64,000 nt of DNA, taken from positions 7,395 to 71,394 of the forward strand of contig JACNKC010000077.1 in the NCBI GenBank assembly GCA_014382245.1, written 5' to 3'. This stretch comes from Pseudomonadota bacterium (GTDB taxonomy: Bacteria; Desulfobacterota; Binatia; UBA1149). Below the pieces are notes generated by a model, which saw only the letters and a program-made list of their open reading frames with translations, was not told the DNA's origin and ran no database searches. Below are positions 47,849 to 56,667 of the stretch, one piece after another. The translations under genes were made by a program, and so were the position numbers. How positions within the stretch are numbered: the first letter of the stretch is position 1; every line of letters starts with the position of its first letter.

Positions 47849-49057
47849 TCAGCTGGGTGGGTGACCGGACAGCGTGATCACAGTGATTTCCCTTGGGGTC
47901 GCGATGCGTACCGGCTGCCCGGTCATCCCCAGGCCCCGGTTCACGTGCAGGCAGGACCCCTCGCTGTGGTAAGTACCGCGTGGGTACCTGGTCATAAAAC
48001 GCGCCAGGGATAACCGTACCCGCCCGGGCAGAGGCAGTGACAATTGCCCGCCATGGGTGTGGCCAGCCAGGACGAGATTCAAGCCAAGTTCGGCCGCCTG
48101 GGGAAACAAGTCGGGGCGATGCGCGAGAAGAATACTGGGCTCCCCGGCCGGCAGCGCGACTGCGAGTTCGCCGAGGACCGGGTCTTTTAACAGGCCCCTG
48201 GCCCAGTCCTTGCCACGATCGTCGAGACCAATCAGGTGCAGCCGGGCCCCGCCAACATCCACCACTGTGCCCCTGTCGCGCAACACCTCGAAGTCGGTCC
48301 AGGAGTGGAGGGCGGCCGTCACGGCATCGGCGCCGGTCGCTCGATCATGATTGCCCAGTATGGCGTAAACACCATGACGAGCGCGGAGATCGCCCAGTGC
48401 GGGAAATGTCTGCGGGGCATGTTGAAGGCCATCGGTGATGTCCCCGGTAATACACAGAAGGTCGGGTTCAAGAGCGTTTATGATCGAAACGTAACGGCTG
48501 ATGCGTTCAGCCGACATGAAGCGCCCGAGGTGGATATCACTCAGTTGCACCAGGCGCAGGCCCTCGAGATTCGTAGCGAGGTCGGGAACCGCGACCGATA
48601 TCTGGTTGATGTGCAGCTCGGCCTGCCCACGCGTGTACCCCCAGGCCATGGCCGCGAATACCGCGAGCAGTCCCGCGGTGGTGAGTTGCCGAGCGATTTC
48701 GTGTGCGCCGGGCGAAAGCGGCAGTGTGGGCGATGCTCCAAGCGCGTACAGCACAACACCGGTAAGGGAGCCTACGACCCACGCGAAAACGAGGAAGGAG
48801 GAAGCGAAGATTGAGCTGAACGCCAGCCCTGTCCAGGCTCGCTGTATCCGCGCAGTGATCTTACCGCGCGGCGAAAGAGACAGCAGCGACCGGTTAACTA
48901 AGAAAAAACTCAGCGGAGCAGCCAGGTGCACCAACCAACCGCCTGTGAATCGGGGACCGAACAACCACGAAATCAGCCACCAGGCACAAGCCCACTGCGA
49001 AAGAGCTACGAAACCCAGCAGTAGTGAAAAGAAATGTCTCCAGAAAAAGGAGACCAA
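47849..49057 (-). CDS. membrane-anchored metallophosphoesterase (calcineurin-like)
   Basis: N-terminal TM helices, then LVQLSDIHLG..., ...CITGDITD... and ...GNHD/GHTHGGQ phosphoesterase motifs. Confidence 0.8.
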   Translation of the reverse strand: MVSFFWRHFFSLLLGFVALSQWACAWWLISWLFGPRFTGGWLVHLAAPLSFFLVNRSLLSLSPRGKITARIQRAWTGLAFSSIFASSFLVFAWVVGSLTGVVLYALGASPTLPLSPGAHEIARQLTTAGLLAVFAAMAWGYTRGQAELHINQISVAVPDLATNLEGLRLVQLSDIHLGRFMSAERISRYVSIINALEPDLLCITGDITDGLQHAPQTFPALGDLRARHGVYAILGNHDRATGADAVTAALHSWTDFEVLRDRGTVVDVGGARLHLIGLDDRGKDWARGLLKDPVLGELAVALPAGEPSILLAHRPDLFPQAAELGLNLVLAGHTHGGQLSLPLPGRVRLSLARFMTRYPRGTYHSEGSCLHVNRGLGMTGQPVRIATPREITVITLSGHPPS

Positions 49058-49059
49058 TG

Positions 49060-49329
49060 TCAGGCAGGCATACGCCGAACCAGCTTGTCTCGCATGCGCT
49101 CGCAGTGCCGGTCAACGGTGGCCCGCAGCGCACTCAGACTTTCGTCATCAGAGTCGCCGTGGAGGCTCTCGATCCTGTTGACCAGCGAGTCCAACCTCAT
49201 GCGCACCTCGTTGAGCTCGCACACCATGCTCGAGAGTTGTTCGGTTTTTTTTATACGCTCTCGCGCACTGCTTGTTTTGATTGTCGATTCCACTGCGACT
49301 GTTCCCCCCGCTGCCGGTTGTGTACCCAC
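49060..49329 (-). CDS. small hypothetical protein (possible coiled coil)
   Basis: An 89-aa ORF directly abutting the downstream gene (3-nt gap). No recognisable family; coding status is uncertain. Confidence 0.3.
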   Translation of the reverse strand: MGTQPAAGGTVAVESTIKTSSARERIKKTEQLSSMVCELNEVRMRLDSLVNRIESLHGDSDDESLSALRATVDRHCERMRDKLVRRMPA

Positions 49330-49410
49330 ACCTCATTAAAGGCCGATGGCCACAAGAAGTCCACGCCCGATGGTGCGTAAGTCGGCAGGGCGCGTCGGGG
49401 CCCTGCGTGT

Positions 49411-50160
49411 TCAGGTGAACAGGTCGTCTTCGGGCGGCCGAAGGAGCTCAATGGCACTGCCGGCACCCAGTTCGGCGCCGCTACCTCGCACCAGTACGGC
49501 CGGCACTCCAGCATCCTTTTTCATGGCAATACCGGCTGCGGCAGCCAGCTGGTCGGCGACCGCGAGGGATGTGTGCTCGAGGGTTCTTCCCGTCCAGTCA
49601 CGGCCGCCCTCCCTGTTGTCGACGGGCAACAAGCCCGCGCAGCCTATGGCCAGGTCGATCTGCCCCAATCTCCAGGCGCGGCCGAAGGTATCCGAAATGA
49701 TCACGCCGACCTGCGCTTCGTAGTGGACAGCAAGCCGCGACATCAGTCGGAGCGCCGACTTGTCCGAATCTTCGGGCAGGAGGGTAGCGTCGCCCTCGAC
49801 GGCCTGGTTTGAGCAGTCAACGCCCGAGTTGGCGGCAACAAAGCCGGGACCGGTGCGAGTGATGAGATGCCCGTCCTTCTTGCGCAGGATTTGGCTCGCT
49901 TCGAGTAGCGCCAGCTCTACGACGGCCGGGTCCTTATCGTGCGCATTGGCAAACTCAAGGGCCTCGTCCGAGGGCTCGACCTCGGACAGCTTGCGTACCC
50001 TTCCTTCGGCCCGTGACACGACCTTCTGGCATACGACCAGGACGTCGCCGGATTTTACGCCGACCTTCTGCTTGTCGATAGCATCGATGAGCAAGGCGGC
50101 GAGATCGTTCCCAGGCAGGACCATGGGGACGCCTTCGATGGGTATCAACATGGTTACCAT
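49411..50160 (-). CDS. cofE: coenzyme F420-0:L-glutamate ligase
   Basis: 249 aa. ...GVKSGDVLVVCQKVVSRAEGR..., ...VAANSGVDCSN... and ...IISDTFGRAWRLGQIDLAIGCAGL match the F420_ligase family (PF01996). Confidence 0.8.
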   Translation of the reverse strand: MVTMLIPIEGVPMVLPGNDLAALLIDAIDKQKVGVKSGDVLVVCQKVVSRAEGRVRKLSEVEPSDEALEFANAHDKDPAVVELALLEASQILRKKDGHLITRTGPGFVAANSGVDCSNQAVEGDATLLPEDSDKSALRLMSRLAVHYEAQVGVIISDTFGRAWRLGQIDLAIGCAGLLPVDNREGGRDWTGRTLEHTSLAVADQLAAAAGIAMKKDAGVPAVLVRGSGAELGAGSAIELLRPPEDDLFT

Positions 50161-50161
50161 T

Positions 50162-51130
50162 TCAGCGTTCCGTCCCGCCGAGCGGTATCTTCAAGAGAAA
50201 CCGCGCGAGTGCCAGCGAACGCCGCTTACTATTCAGCAGGGTGTTGCGCTCAAGCAGGCGGGGCCAGGTGGCTTCAGGCCGCCGTGGTGCGTCCCCGGGC
50301 GAAACGACCAGCGACGTCGCGAGGCCCTCGTAAAAGTCTGCTATGCCAGCGCTTCCTCGACCCGCACCAAGGCTTTTCATCATAGCGACCAAGGGGCCCT
50401 TCACCGCCCGACCATTGACCAGTGGACTGACCGCAATGGTCTTGCGGCACACGGCCCCCAGCGCTGCGCGTAGACCCGGAATCGCAAGCATGGGCGCAAT
50501 GCTTACGTAGGGGTTGCTGGGAGCGATTATTACCTTGTCGGCCGATGCCAGGGCCTCGCTGACCCCGGGCGCCATGCTGGCCCCGGACGCGCCCTTGTAA
50601 GTGATGCCGTCCACCCTCGGGCGGGCGCCTTGCTTGACGAACCACTCCTGGAAGGCAAAACGGCGTCTACCCGACCTGAGCACGGTACGCACCGGGTCGT
50701 TGCTCATGGGCAATACCGAGGTCCGAATACCCAGTTGTGTGCAGATTCGCCGGGTAGCCTGGGCAAGAGAGGAGCCCTCTCTCAACAAGTGGCTACGGTA
50801 AATGTGAAGGGCGAGGTCCTGGTCGCCAAGCGAGAACCATTGGTCACCGAAATAACGACCCAGCCAGGGCAGGGCGTTCCGGGTATCGCCGCGTATACCC
50901 CAGCCCCTCTTGATCGGGGCAAGCCCGGCCAGTGTGTACGCCACCGTGTCGAGGTCCGGAGATACCTGCAGTCCATAAAAACTCTCGTCGTCTCCCGTGT
51001 TGACGATCACGGTCAACCTGCGGGGATCAACGACTTCAGCGAGTCCCCTAAGGAGTCGGCAGGCTCCCACTCCACCCGCCAGCAGGGTGATTCGTGGGTT
51101 GGCCGGCAAGGCGTCCATCATCGCTTTCAT
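50162..51130 (-). CDS. cofD: 2-phospho-L-lactate transferase (LPPG:FO transferase)
   Basis: ...ITLLAGGVGACRLLRGL...VIVNTGDD... matches the CofD/UPF0052 N-terminal motif. The annotated start overlaps the cofH 3' end by about 80 nt; the real start is unresolved. Confidence 0.78.
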   Translation of the reverse strand: MKAMMDALPANPRITLLAGGVGACRLLRGLAEVVDPRRLTVIVNTGDDESFYGLQVSPDLDTVAYTLAGLAPIKRGWGIRGDTRNALPWLGRYFGDQWFSLGDQDLALHIYRSHLLREGSSLAQATRRICTQLGIRTSVLPMSNDPVRTVLRSGRRRFAFQEWFVKQGARPRVDGITYKGASGASMAPGVSEALASADKVIIAPSNPYVSIAPMLAIPGLRAALGAVCRKTIAVSPLVNGRAVKGPLVAMMKSLGAGRGSAGIADFYEGLATSLVVSPGDAPRRPEATWPRLLERNTLLNSKRRSLALARFLLKIPLGGTER

Positions 51131-52304
51131 CCAACAGCTCGTACAGGGTGTTCCGTTGCCGGGGTTCTCTACCCCGCGACATGATCATGCTCCTGAGTTC
51201 ATCGGCCGAAGTGTACTCTCCTGAATCCGCACCCGCTTCGCGCGAGATGCTCTCTTCCATCAGGGTGCCGCCAACATCATTGCAACCCGCGTCGAGACTC
51301 AGGGTTGCCAACTCGCGACCGAGCTTGACCCAGGAACTCTGCAGGTTATCAACCAGCCCGTCCAGCATCAGTCGGCTGGTTGCGTACACGGCTATGTCGA
51401 GACGCCCCTGTGGCACCGGGGATACCAGGCCCTCGGCGTAAAGCTGGGTGTTCTGCCAGATAAAACGCAAGGGTACGAACTCGCTGAGTCCACCGGTGTT
51501 GCGCTGGATGCCGCGCAGTACCTCGATGTGTTCGGCCATGTGCCGCGGTGTTTCCAAGTGGCCGTAGAGCATGGTGGAGGTCGTAGGCAAACCCACCTCG
51601 TGGGCGGTGGTCACGATCTCTATCCAGCTGTCGGTGTCGAGCTTGTCGTGGGTAAGGACCTTGCGGATCTCCGGGTCAAAAATTTCCGCGGCGGTACCGG
51701 GCATGGTATTCAACCCCGCTTCGAGGAGTAGCTCGAGATACGGCCGGTAGGCCAGGTTCATTCGATGGGCGCCGTACTGGATCTCCATCGGCGAAAACGC
51801 GTGAATATGAAGGTCGGGGTAGGCCCCGCGCACCGCTCGGAGCAGTTGCAGGTAGCCGTCGTCGGGCATAACCGGGTTGAGTCCACCCTGCATGCATACC
51901 TCGGTAGCTCCCAGCGCCACGCCCTCGCCGATACGGTGGAGAACGTCAGAGACATCGCGGTCGTAAGCCCGGGGACTGTTCTTGAGGTGGGCGAAGGAGC
52001 AGAACTTGCAGCCCACGAAACAAACGTTAGTCCAGTTCACGTTGCGGTTGATGACATAGGTCACCGTATCGCCTACCGCGCGCCGCCTCAGCTCGTCGGC
52101 GACTCCCACGAGGGCGGCCAGCGAATCGCCTTGCAAAGCAAACAGCTCGCTAGCCTCGTCTACGGTCGGCGCTCGGCCGGCCAGCGAACGCTCGAGGATG
52201 GCCGCCAGGCCGGGCGGAGTGGCCGCCAGGCGGTTTTCGAGATCCCGCTGGTCCGCAAAGAGGTACTCGACTCTCTCGGGTGACTGTTCGGTCTGGTAAC
52301 TCAC
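51048..52304 (-). CDS. cofH: FO synthase subunit 2 (7,8-didemethyl-8-hydroxy-5-deazariboflavin synthase), radical SAM
   Basis: CFVGCKFC radical-SAM cluster motif and the CofH-type C-terminal domain. It is a gene separate from cofG. Confidence 0.83.
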   Translation of the reverse strand: MSYQTEQSPERVEYLFADQRDLENRLAATPPGLAAILERSLAGRAPTVDEASELFALQGDSLAALVGVADELRRRAVGDTVTYVINRNVNWTNVCFVGCKFCSFAHLKNSPRAYDRDVSDVLHRIGEGVALGATEVCMQGGLNPVMPDDGYLQLLRAVRGAYPDLHIHAFSPMEIQYGAHRMNLAYRPYLELLLEAGLNTMPGTAAEIFDPEIRKVLTHDKLDTDSWIEIVTTAHEVGLPTTSTMLYGHLETPRHMAEHIEVLRGIQRNTGGLSEFVPLRFIWQNTQLYAEGLVSPVPQGRLDIAVYATSRLMLDGLVDNLQSSWVKLGRELATLSLDAGCNDVGGTLMEESISREAGADSGEYTSADELRSMIMSRGREPRQRNTLYELLDESDDGRLAGQPTNHPAGGWSGSLPTP

Positions 52305-53515
52305 AGGGTTGCACCCCCCTGGGCCGTGATCGCCGCGGGCAGCTCCGCAAAGCGTTCAACCGCCAATCGCATGTCAGGATCCAGGAACTCGTCGTTCACG
52401 TACTCAGGATAAACCGGCAAGCGGGGCTCGAGTTCGAAACCCAGCCCGGAACAGGTCTGCGCCAGGTCTTCTAGATGAGGCCAGGGGTCGCCGGGGTTAA
52501 CGTAGTCCGCGGTCACCGGAGAGATGCCACCCCAATCGTTTATACCGGCATTAACCAGGCGCGCGTGCCCCTGGGGGCTGAGGTTGGGCGGTGCCTGGAT
52601 GTTCATAGCTGGTCCCAGGATCAGGCGGGCGATCGCCACGCAGCGTATGAACTCGTCTTCTGTCGGTTCCGGAAATCCGCTCATCGGCGTGGAGTCCTTG
52701 TGCCTGAAGTTCTGTATGATGACTTCCTGCAGGTGACCGTACTGCTCGTGTAATCGGCGCAATTCGAGGAGGCTCGCGATTCTTTCAGCCTCGGTTTCAC
52801 CAATGCCCACGAGGATGCCGCTGGTGAAGGGTATCCGGAGCTCGCCCGCGTCGGCGATCATGCTGACCCTTGCCGCCGGATCCTTGTCGGGCGCAAACTG
52901 GTGAGGCATTCCTCGTGCGCGCAAACGGGGGCTGACATTCTCGAGCATCAAGCCGAAGCTCACGTTCAGCGGTCGCAGGTTGCGCATCTCATCGTGCGAG
53001 AGCAGCCCCGCGTTGGTGTGCGGCAGCAGATCTGCTTCGAGGGCCAGCGAGCAGGCAAGGCCCACGTACTCGGCCGTGCTCGCGGCTCCCCATCGTTCGA
53101 GCTCGGCACTGAACCCGCGAAAAGCGATCTCGGGTTTGTCGCCAAGGCACATGAGGGCTTCTATGCAGCCGGCTGCTTTACCCCGTTCAGACCACTGGCG
53201 GATCTCGTCAGGGGTCATGGTCCATTCGCCTGCCTCGCCGGGATCCCGGCGAAAGGTGCAGTACGTACACCTGTCCCGGCATAGATTGGTCACAGGGAGA
53301 AAGACCTTCGGGGACCAGGTGAGCACTCGGTCCCGATCGCGGTCGCGCTGCCGGCAGGCCAGCTCACAGATTTCTGCGGTCAGGGACCACTCGCGGTCGC
53401 CGTCAGCACTCCCGCGGGGACTGCCAGCGTGCAGAAGGGCATAAGCATCGTCGTCGCCCAGGCGCTCAAAAGCGCGGGCCCTGGCGAGCGCCCTGTCTAG
53501 AGGATTACCGACCAT
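52301..53515 (-). CDS. cofG: FO synthase subunit 1, radical SAM
   Basis: Motifs ...VFLPVTNLCRDRCTYCTF... The start overlaps the cofH start region by 4 nt. Confidence 0.83.
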   Translation of the reverse strand: MVGNPLDRALARARAFERLGDDDAYALLHAGSPRGSADGDREWSLTAEICELACRQRDRDRDRVLTWSPKVFLPVTNLCRDRCTYCTFRRDPGEAGEWTMTPDEIRQWSERGKAAGCIEALMCLGDKPEIAFRGFSAELERWGAASTAEYVGLACSLALEADLLPHTNAGLLSHDEMRNLRPLNVSFGLMLENVSPRLRARGMPHQFAPDKDPAARVSMIADAGELRIPFTSGILVGIGETEAERIASLLELRRLHEQYGHLQEVIIQNFRHKDSTPMSGFPEPTEDEFIRCVAIARLILGPAMNIQAPPNLSPQGHARLVNAGINDWGGISPVTADYVNPGDPWPHLEDLAQTCSGLGFELEPRLPVYPEYVNDEFLDPDMRLAVERFAELPAAITAQGGATL

Positions 53516-53588
53516 CTCGGTCGCTGATAGTAGAGCAATCCGCTGCTCTTGCCCAACCCCGAAAGCCCTGCCGGGAGCCGATCGGCTG

Positions 53589-54983
53589 CTACTGCGCGTC
53601 GGGCTGCTCTATGCCGAGCTTGTCCATGCGGTATTTCAGAATCCGCCTGGTCGTGCCCAGGGTCCGCGCGGCCCGGGTCTGGTTGTGCCGGGCCCGGCTG
53701 AGGGCCTCTTCGATGATGTCCTTTTCAAACTCGTCCACGGCGAGGTTGAGGCTCTTGCGTCCATCGAGCACCATCTGCCGCGTGCCCGGTCCCGCAGTAG
53801 AGGGCCCCGCCGCCATGTCAGGCGGTAGGCTGTTGACCCCGATCTCATCGCAGTCCGGCGCCAGTACCAGGGTTCTCTCGATCACGTTCTCCAGTTCGCG
53901 CACGTTGCCCGGCCAGGGATAGCCGAGCAGCTGCTCCACTGTCTCCTGGCCCAGCGTCCTCGAAGGCAGACCGTGCTCCCTGGTTTTCTTTTCGACGAAG
54001 TGGCGAATCAGCAGCGGAATGTCTTCAGGCCTGTCGCGCAGGGGAGGGAGGGTCACCGTGACCACGTTCAACCGGTAGTACAGGTCTGCCCTGAACGCGC
54101 CTTCATCAATCAGCTTGCGCAGGTCCCTGTGGGTGGCAGCCACCACGCGCACGTCCACTTGCAAGGGGCCCGAGCCGCCCACCCGCATGATCTCGCCTTC
54201 TTCGAGCACCCTCAGCAACTTGGCTTGCAAGGACGGGCTCATCTCTCCTATTTCGTCAAGGAACAGGGTGCCCTTGTCAGCGATTTCGAACTGGCCGGTC
54301 TTTTTTGCCGACGCGTCGGTGAACGAACCTTTTTCGTGACCGAACAGTTCGCTCTCGAGCAGGTTGTCGGGAATCACCGCGCAATTAATAATGACCAGGG
54401 TCTCACTGGCCCTCGGGCTGTTGTAGTGAATAGCCTTGGCGATGAGTTCTTTGCCGGTGCCTGACTCGCCGCTGATGAGCACCGTGGTTTTGAGCGGGGC
54501 CACTCGACCCACGGTATTGAAGACGTCCTGCATAAGGGAGGATTCGCCGATCATGTTGTCCACGGAGTAGTGAGAACCAACTTCACTGCGGAGTTGGTCA
54601 ACCTCGCGAAGCAGGGCGGCATTTTTGATTGCACGCGAGGCGACCATGCGCAGCTCGTCGACATCGAAGGGCTTGGTGATGTAGTCAAAGGCTCCCAGTT
54701 TCATGGCCTTCACTGCCGTGCGCACCGTCTTGGTGGCCGTCAACATGACTACTGGTAGGGCAGCATCACCCTCGCGGATGTGCTCGAGCACTTCGAGCCC
54801 ATCGATACCCGGCATGAGTATGTCGAGAAAGGCGAGGTCGGGACTGTTGTCCTTCAACCACTCGATGGCGTCTTCGCCACAGGGCTGGGTCACCGTCTCC
54901 CAATCGTCCTTGAGTACCATGCGCACCGATTCGCGCACGCCAGCCTCGTCATCAACTATCAGAACTACCGGTTTGCCTGTCAT
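53589..54983 (-). CDS. sigma-54-dependent Fis-family response regulator (NtrC-type)
   Basis: Receiver domain VLIVDDEAGVRESV...D. AAA+ sigma-54 activator domain with GESGTGKE, GAFTDA-type and LYYRLNVVTVTLPPLRDR motifs. C-terminal Fis HTH. Length 464 aa. Confidence 0.9.
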   Translation of the reverse strand: MTGKPVVLIVDDEAGVRESVRMVLKDDWETVTQPCGEDAIEWLKDNSPDLAFLDILMPGIDGLEVLEHIREGDAALPVVMLTATKTVRTAVKAMKLGAFDYITKPFDVDELRMVASRAIKNAALLREVDQLRSEVGSHYSVDNMIGESSLMQDVFNTVGRVAPLKTTVLISGESGTGKELIAKAIHYNSPRASETLVIINCAVIPDNLLESELFGHEKGSFTDASAKKTGQFEIADKGTLFLDEIGEMSPSLQAKLLRVLEEGEIMRVGGSGPLQVDVRVVAATHRDLRKLIDEGAFRADLYYRLNVVTVTLPPLRDRPEDIPLLIRHFVEKKTREHGLPSRTLGQETVEQLLGYPWPGNVRELENVIERTLVLAPDCDEIGVNSLPPDMAAGPSTAGPGTRQMVLDGRKSLNLAVDEFEKDIIEEALSRARHNQTRAARTLGTTRRILKYRMDKLGIEQPDAQ

Positions 54984-56667
54984 CTACCTCATCCTCCACC
55001 GCCCTTGGCAGTTTCCACGTCAGTCTCGATCCATCCTTGGTATTGGTCACACCGAGGTCACCCCTGTTACGCCTGCTCAGTTCACGGGCCAGCGCCAGTC
55101 GCCATGAAGCCGGCGGCCCACCTCCCGAAGTCATGCCAGCCAGGGCCGCGAGTTGCCCTGAACTACCCGGCACGTCGACCACCATCGCTCCGTCTTCGCT
55201 TACGGTCACCATCGCCGCGGACCCGCGTGGCAGGGTTTCAACAACGGCGTCCACCATGCAGTCGATCGCAAAACAAAGCTGTTGCAGGTCGGCTTCTACG
55301 CGCCACCCCCGCGGCAGATCAATGTGTACCGCTGCGCGGGCCTCATCGCCCCGGTCGATGAGCGCGTGCTCAAACAACTCAGCCACGTCGGCCGTTATCG
55401 GGTCGGGAAGCGAGAACCCCTCGTACTCGACAAGCGTGTCAACGATGCCGCTCAAGCGATCGCAGGCCCCCCTGGCCAGGCGCGCGAGCTCGTTGTCTTC
55501 AGGCGCAATAGAACTGAAGGTTTTCAGTGTCGTCAGCGGATTTCGCAGGTCATGGGCCAGGTGAGCAAGCAGCTGTTCCAGGGGGAGAGGCTCGCCAATA
55601 TCCTCACCGCCATCGCTCTCCGCAACAACGCGGGCCGGAGCGGGAATCGACTGCAAGGTCGGACGGGTCACGCGCTCGACTCCGAACACGATGTCTTCGG
55701 CCTCCAGCTCACGACGCCCGCCGGGTTCGCAGAGCAACAACGCACGACTCCTGCGCAGCACGACTTCGAGCTCGGTAGTGTTGCCCGGCCAGGCGTAAGC
55801 CTGCAGGCGTTCGGCAGCCGAAGCAGCAAGGCAGAACGGAGAGCTGCCGGAGTTCTCGAAAGCGGCGAGCATTGCCCGCGCTAGCTCCGGGATGCAGAAG
55901 GCCTGTTCCCTGAGTGGAGGCAGCAGGGCCGTGAGGCCAGCCACCCTGTAGTACAGTGCCCTTACGAGTCGGCCGTCGGTAGCGAGGCTCTCGGGGCCTT
56001 CGGCCATGCCGGCGACCACGCTGCAACCTGAAACCGCCAGCAGAACCGCCAGTTGTTCTTGCTCGGCGTGGCTGCGCAGCTCGATATCTGGAAGGTAAAC
56101 CACACCCCGCTCGCAAGCAGCTATGAGGCCGGCCGCATCCGCAGCAGCCGTGACGACGATGAACTCGCTGTCGGGGCCTCGCAAAGCAGCCAACGCCGCG
56201 GCCACGTTTTCTTTTCCAACACCTGGCTCACCCACCAGCACGAGCGGGACCTGGCCGGCCGCGGCTTGCTTGAGGACGGGTTCGGCGTGGGCCGGAATCC
56301 AGGGAAAAGTGAGCCACGCGGCTGGCAATGCTTCTTCGCCTACACGGCCACCCGAGCAAAGCCTGGCCACGGCCGCGCTCAACTCAAAGAGGGCAAAAGG
56401 GTGCGGCAGCACTTCCCGACCGGGGCCTTCCAGCGAGCCGCCCCGGGCTGCGCTATCAACCAGGAGCAGCGACGGCGCCGAGCTGCCGATTTCGACAGCG
56501 GCAGAGTCACAGCAATTGACCACCACGGCGTCGGCCTTCGCCAAAGCGGCGGGATCGGCTGATCTGCTCAAGGTCCAGCCCTCGGGCAATACTTCCTCCA
56601 CGGCAACCACGAAACGCCCAAGAGAGTCCAGGAGCAGCAGCTCAGGCATGGATGAGGCCCTCGGCAT
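54952..56667 (-). CDS. atypical regulatory protein: degenerate sigma-54-activator-like AAA domain fused to a histidine-kinase-like module
   Basis: Walker A GEPGVGKE, ...LYYRVAGLTALLPPLRE... and ...YAWPGNTTELEVV... resemble EBP central domains, but the GAFTGA region is deleted. The C-terminus has a HisKA H-box (LAHLAHDLRNPLTT) and a degenerate HATPase_c. The start may be ATG 56649 (an 8-nt overlap with the upstream gene). Confidence 0.55.
   Translation of the reverse strand: MPRASSMPELLLLDSLGRFVVAVEEVLPEGWTLSRSADPAALAKADAVVVNCCDSAAVEIGSSAPSLLLVDSAARGGSLEGPGREVLPHPFALFELSAAVARLCSGGRVGEEALPAAWLTFPWIPAHAEPVLKQAAAGQVPLVLVGEPGVGKENVAAALAALRGPDSEFIVVTAAADAAGLIAACERGVVYLPDIELRSHAEQEQLAVLLAVSGCSVVAGMAEGPESLATDGRLVRALYYRVAGLTALLPPLREQAFCIPELARAMLAAFENSGSSPFCLAASAAERLQAYAWPGNTTELEVVLRRSRALLLCEPGGRRELEAEDIVFGVERVTRPTLQSIPAPARVVAESDGGEDIGEPLPLEQLLAHLAHDLRNPLTTLKTFSSIAPEDNELARLARGACDRLSGIVDTLVEYEGFSLPDPITADVAELFEHALIDRGDEARAAVHIDLPRGWRVEADLQQLCFAIDCMVDAVVETLPRGSAAMVTVSEDGAMVVDVPGSSGQLAALAGMTSGGGPPASWRLALARELSRRNRGDLGVTNTKDGSRLTWKLPRAVEDEVDDRQTGSSDS

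Noticed and set aside
49060-49329. The small ORF downstream of cofE as the missing cofC
   Set aside because: At 89 aa it is far too short for a CofC/FbiD nucleotidyltransferase (about 200 aa) and lacks its motifs.
53516-53588. Sigma-54 (-24/-12) promoter upstream of cofG, given the adjacent NtrC-type regulator
   Set aside because: No GG-N10-GC arrangement matching TGGCAC-N5-TTGCW was found; the nearest GG...TTGC pair is spaced 17-18 nt apart. The TGGCACTTGCA at about 14127 lacks the N5 spacer.
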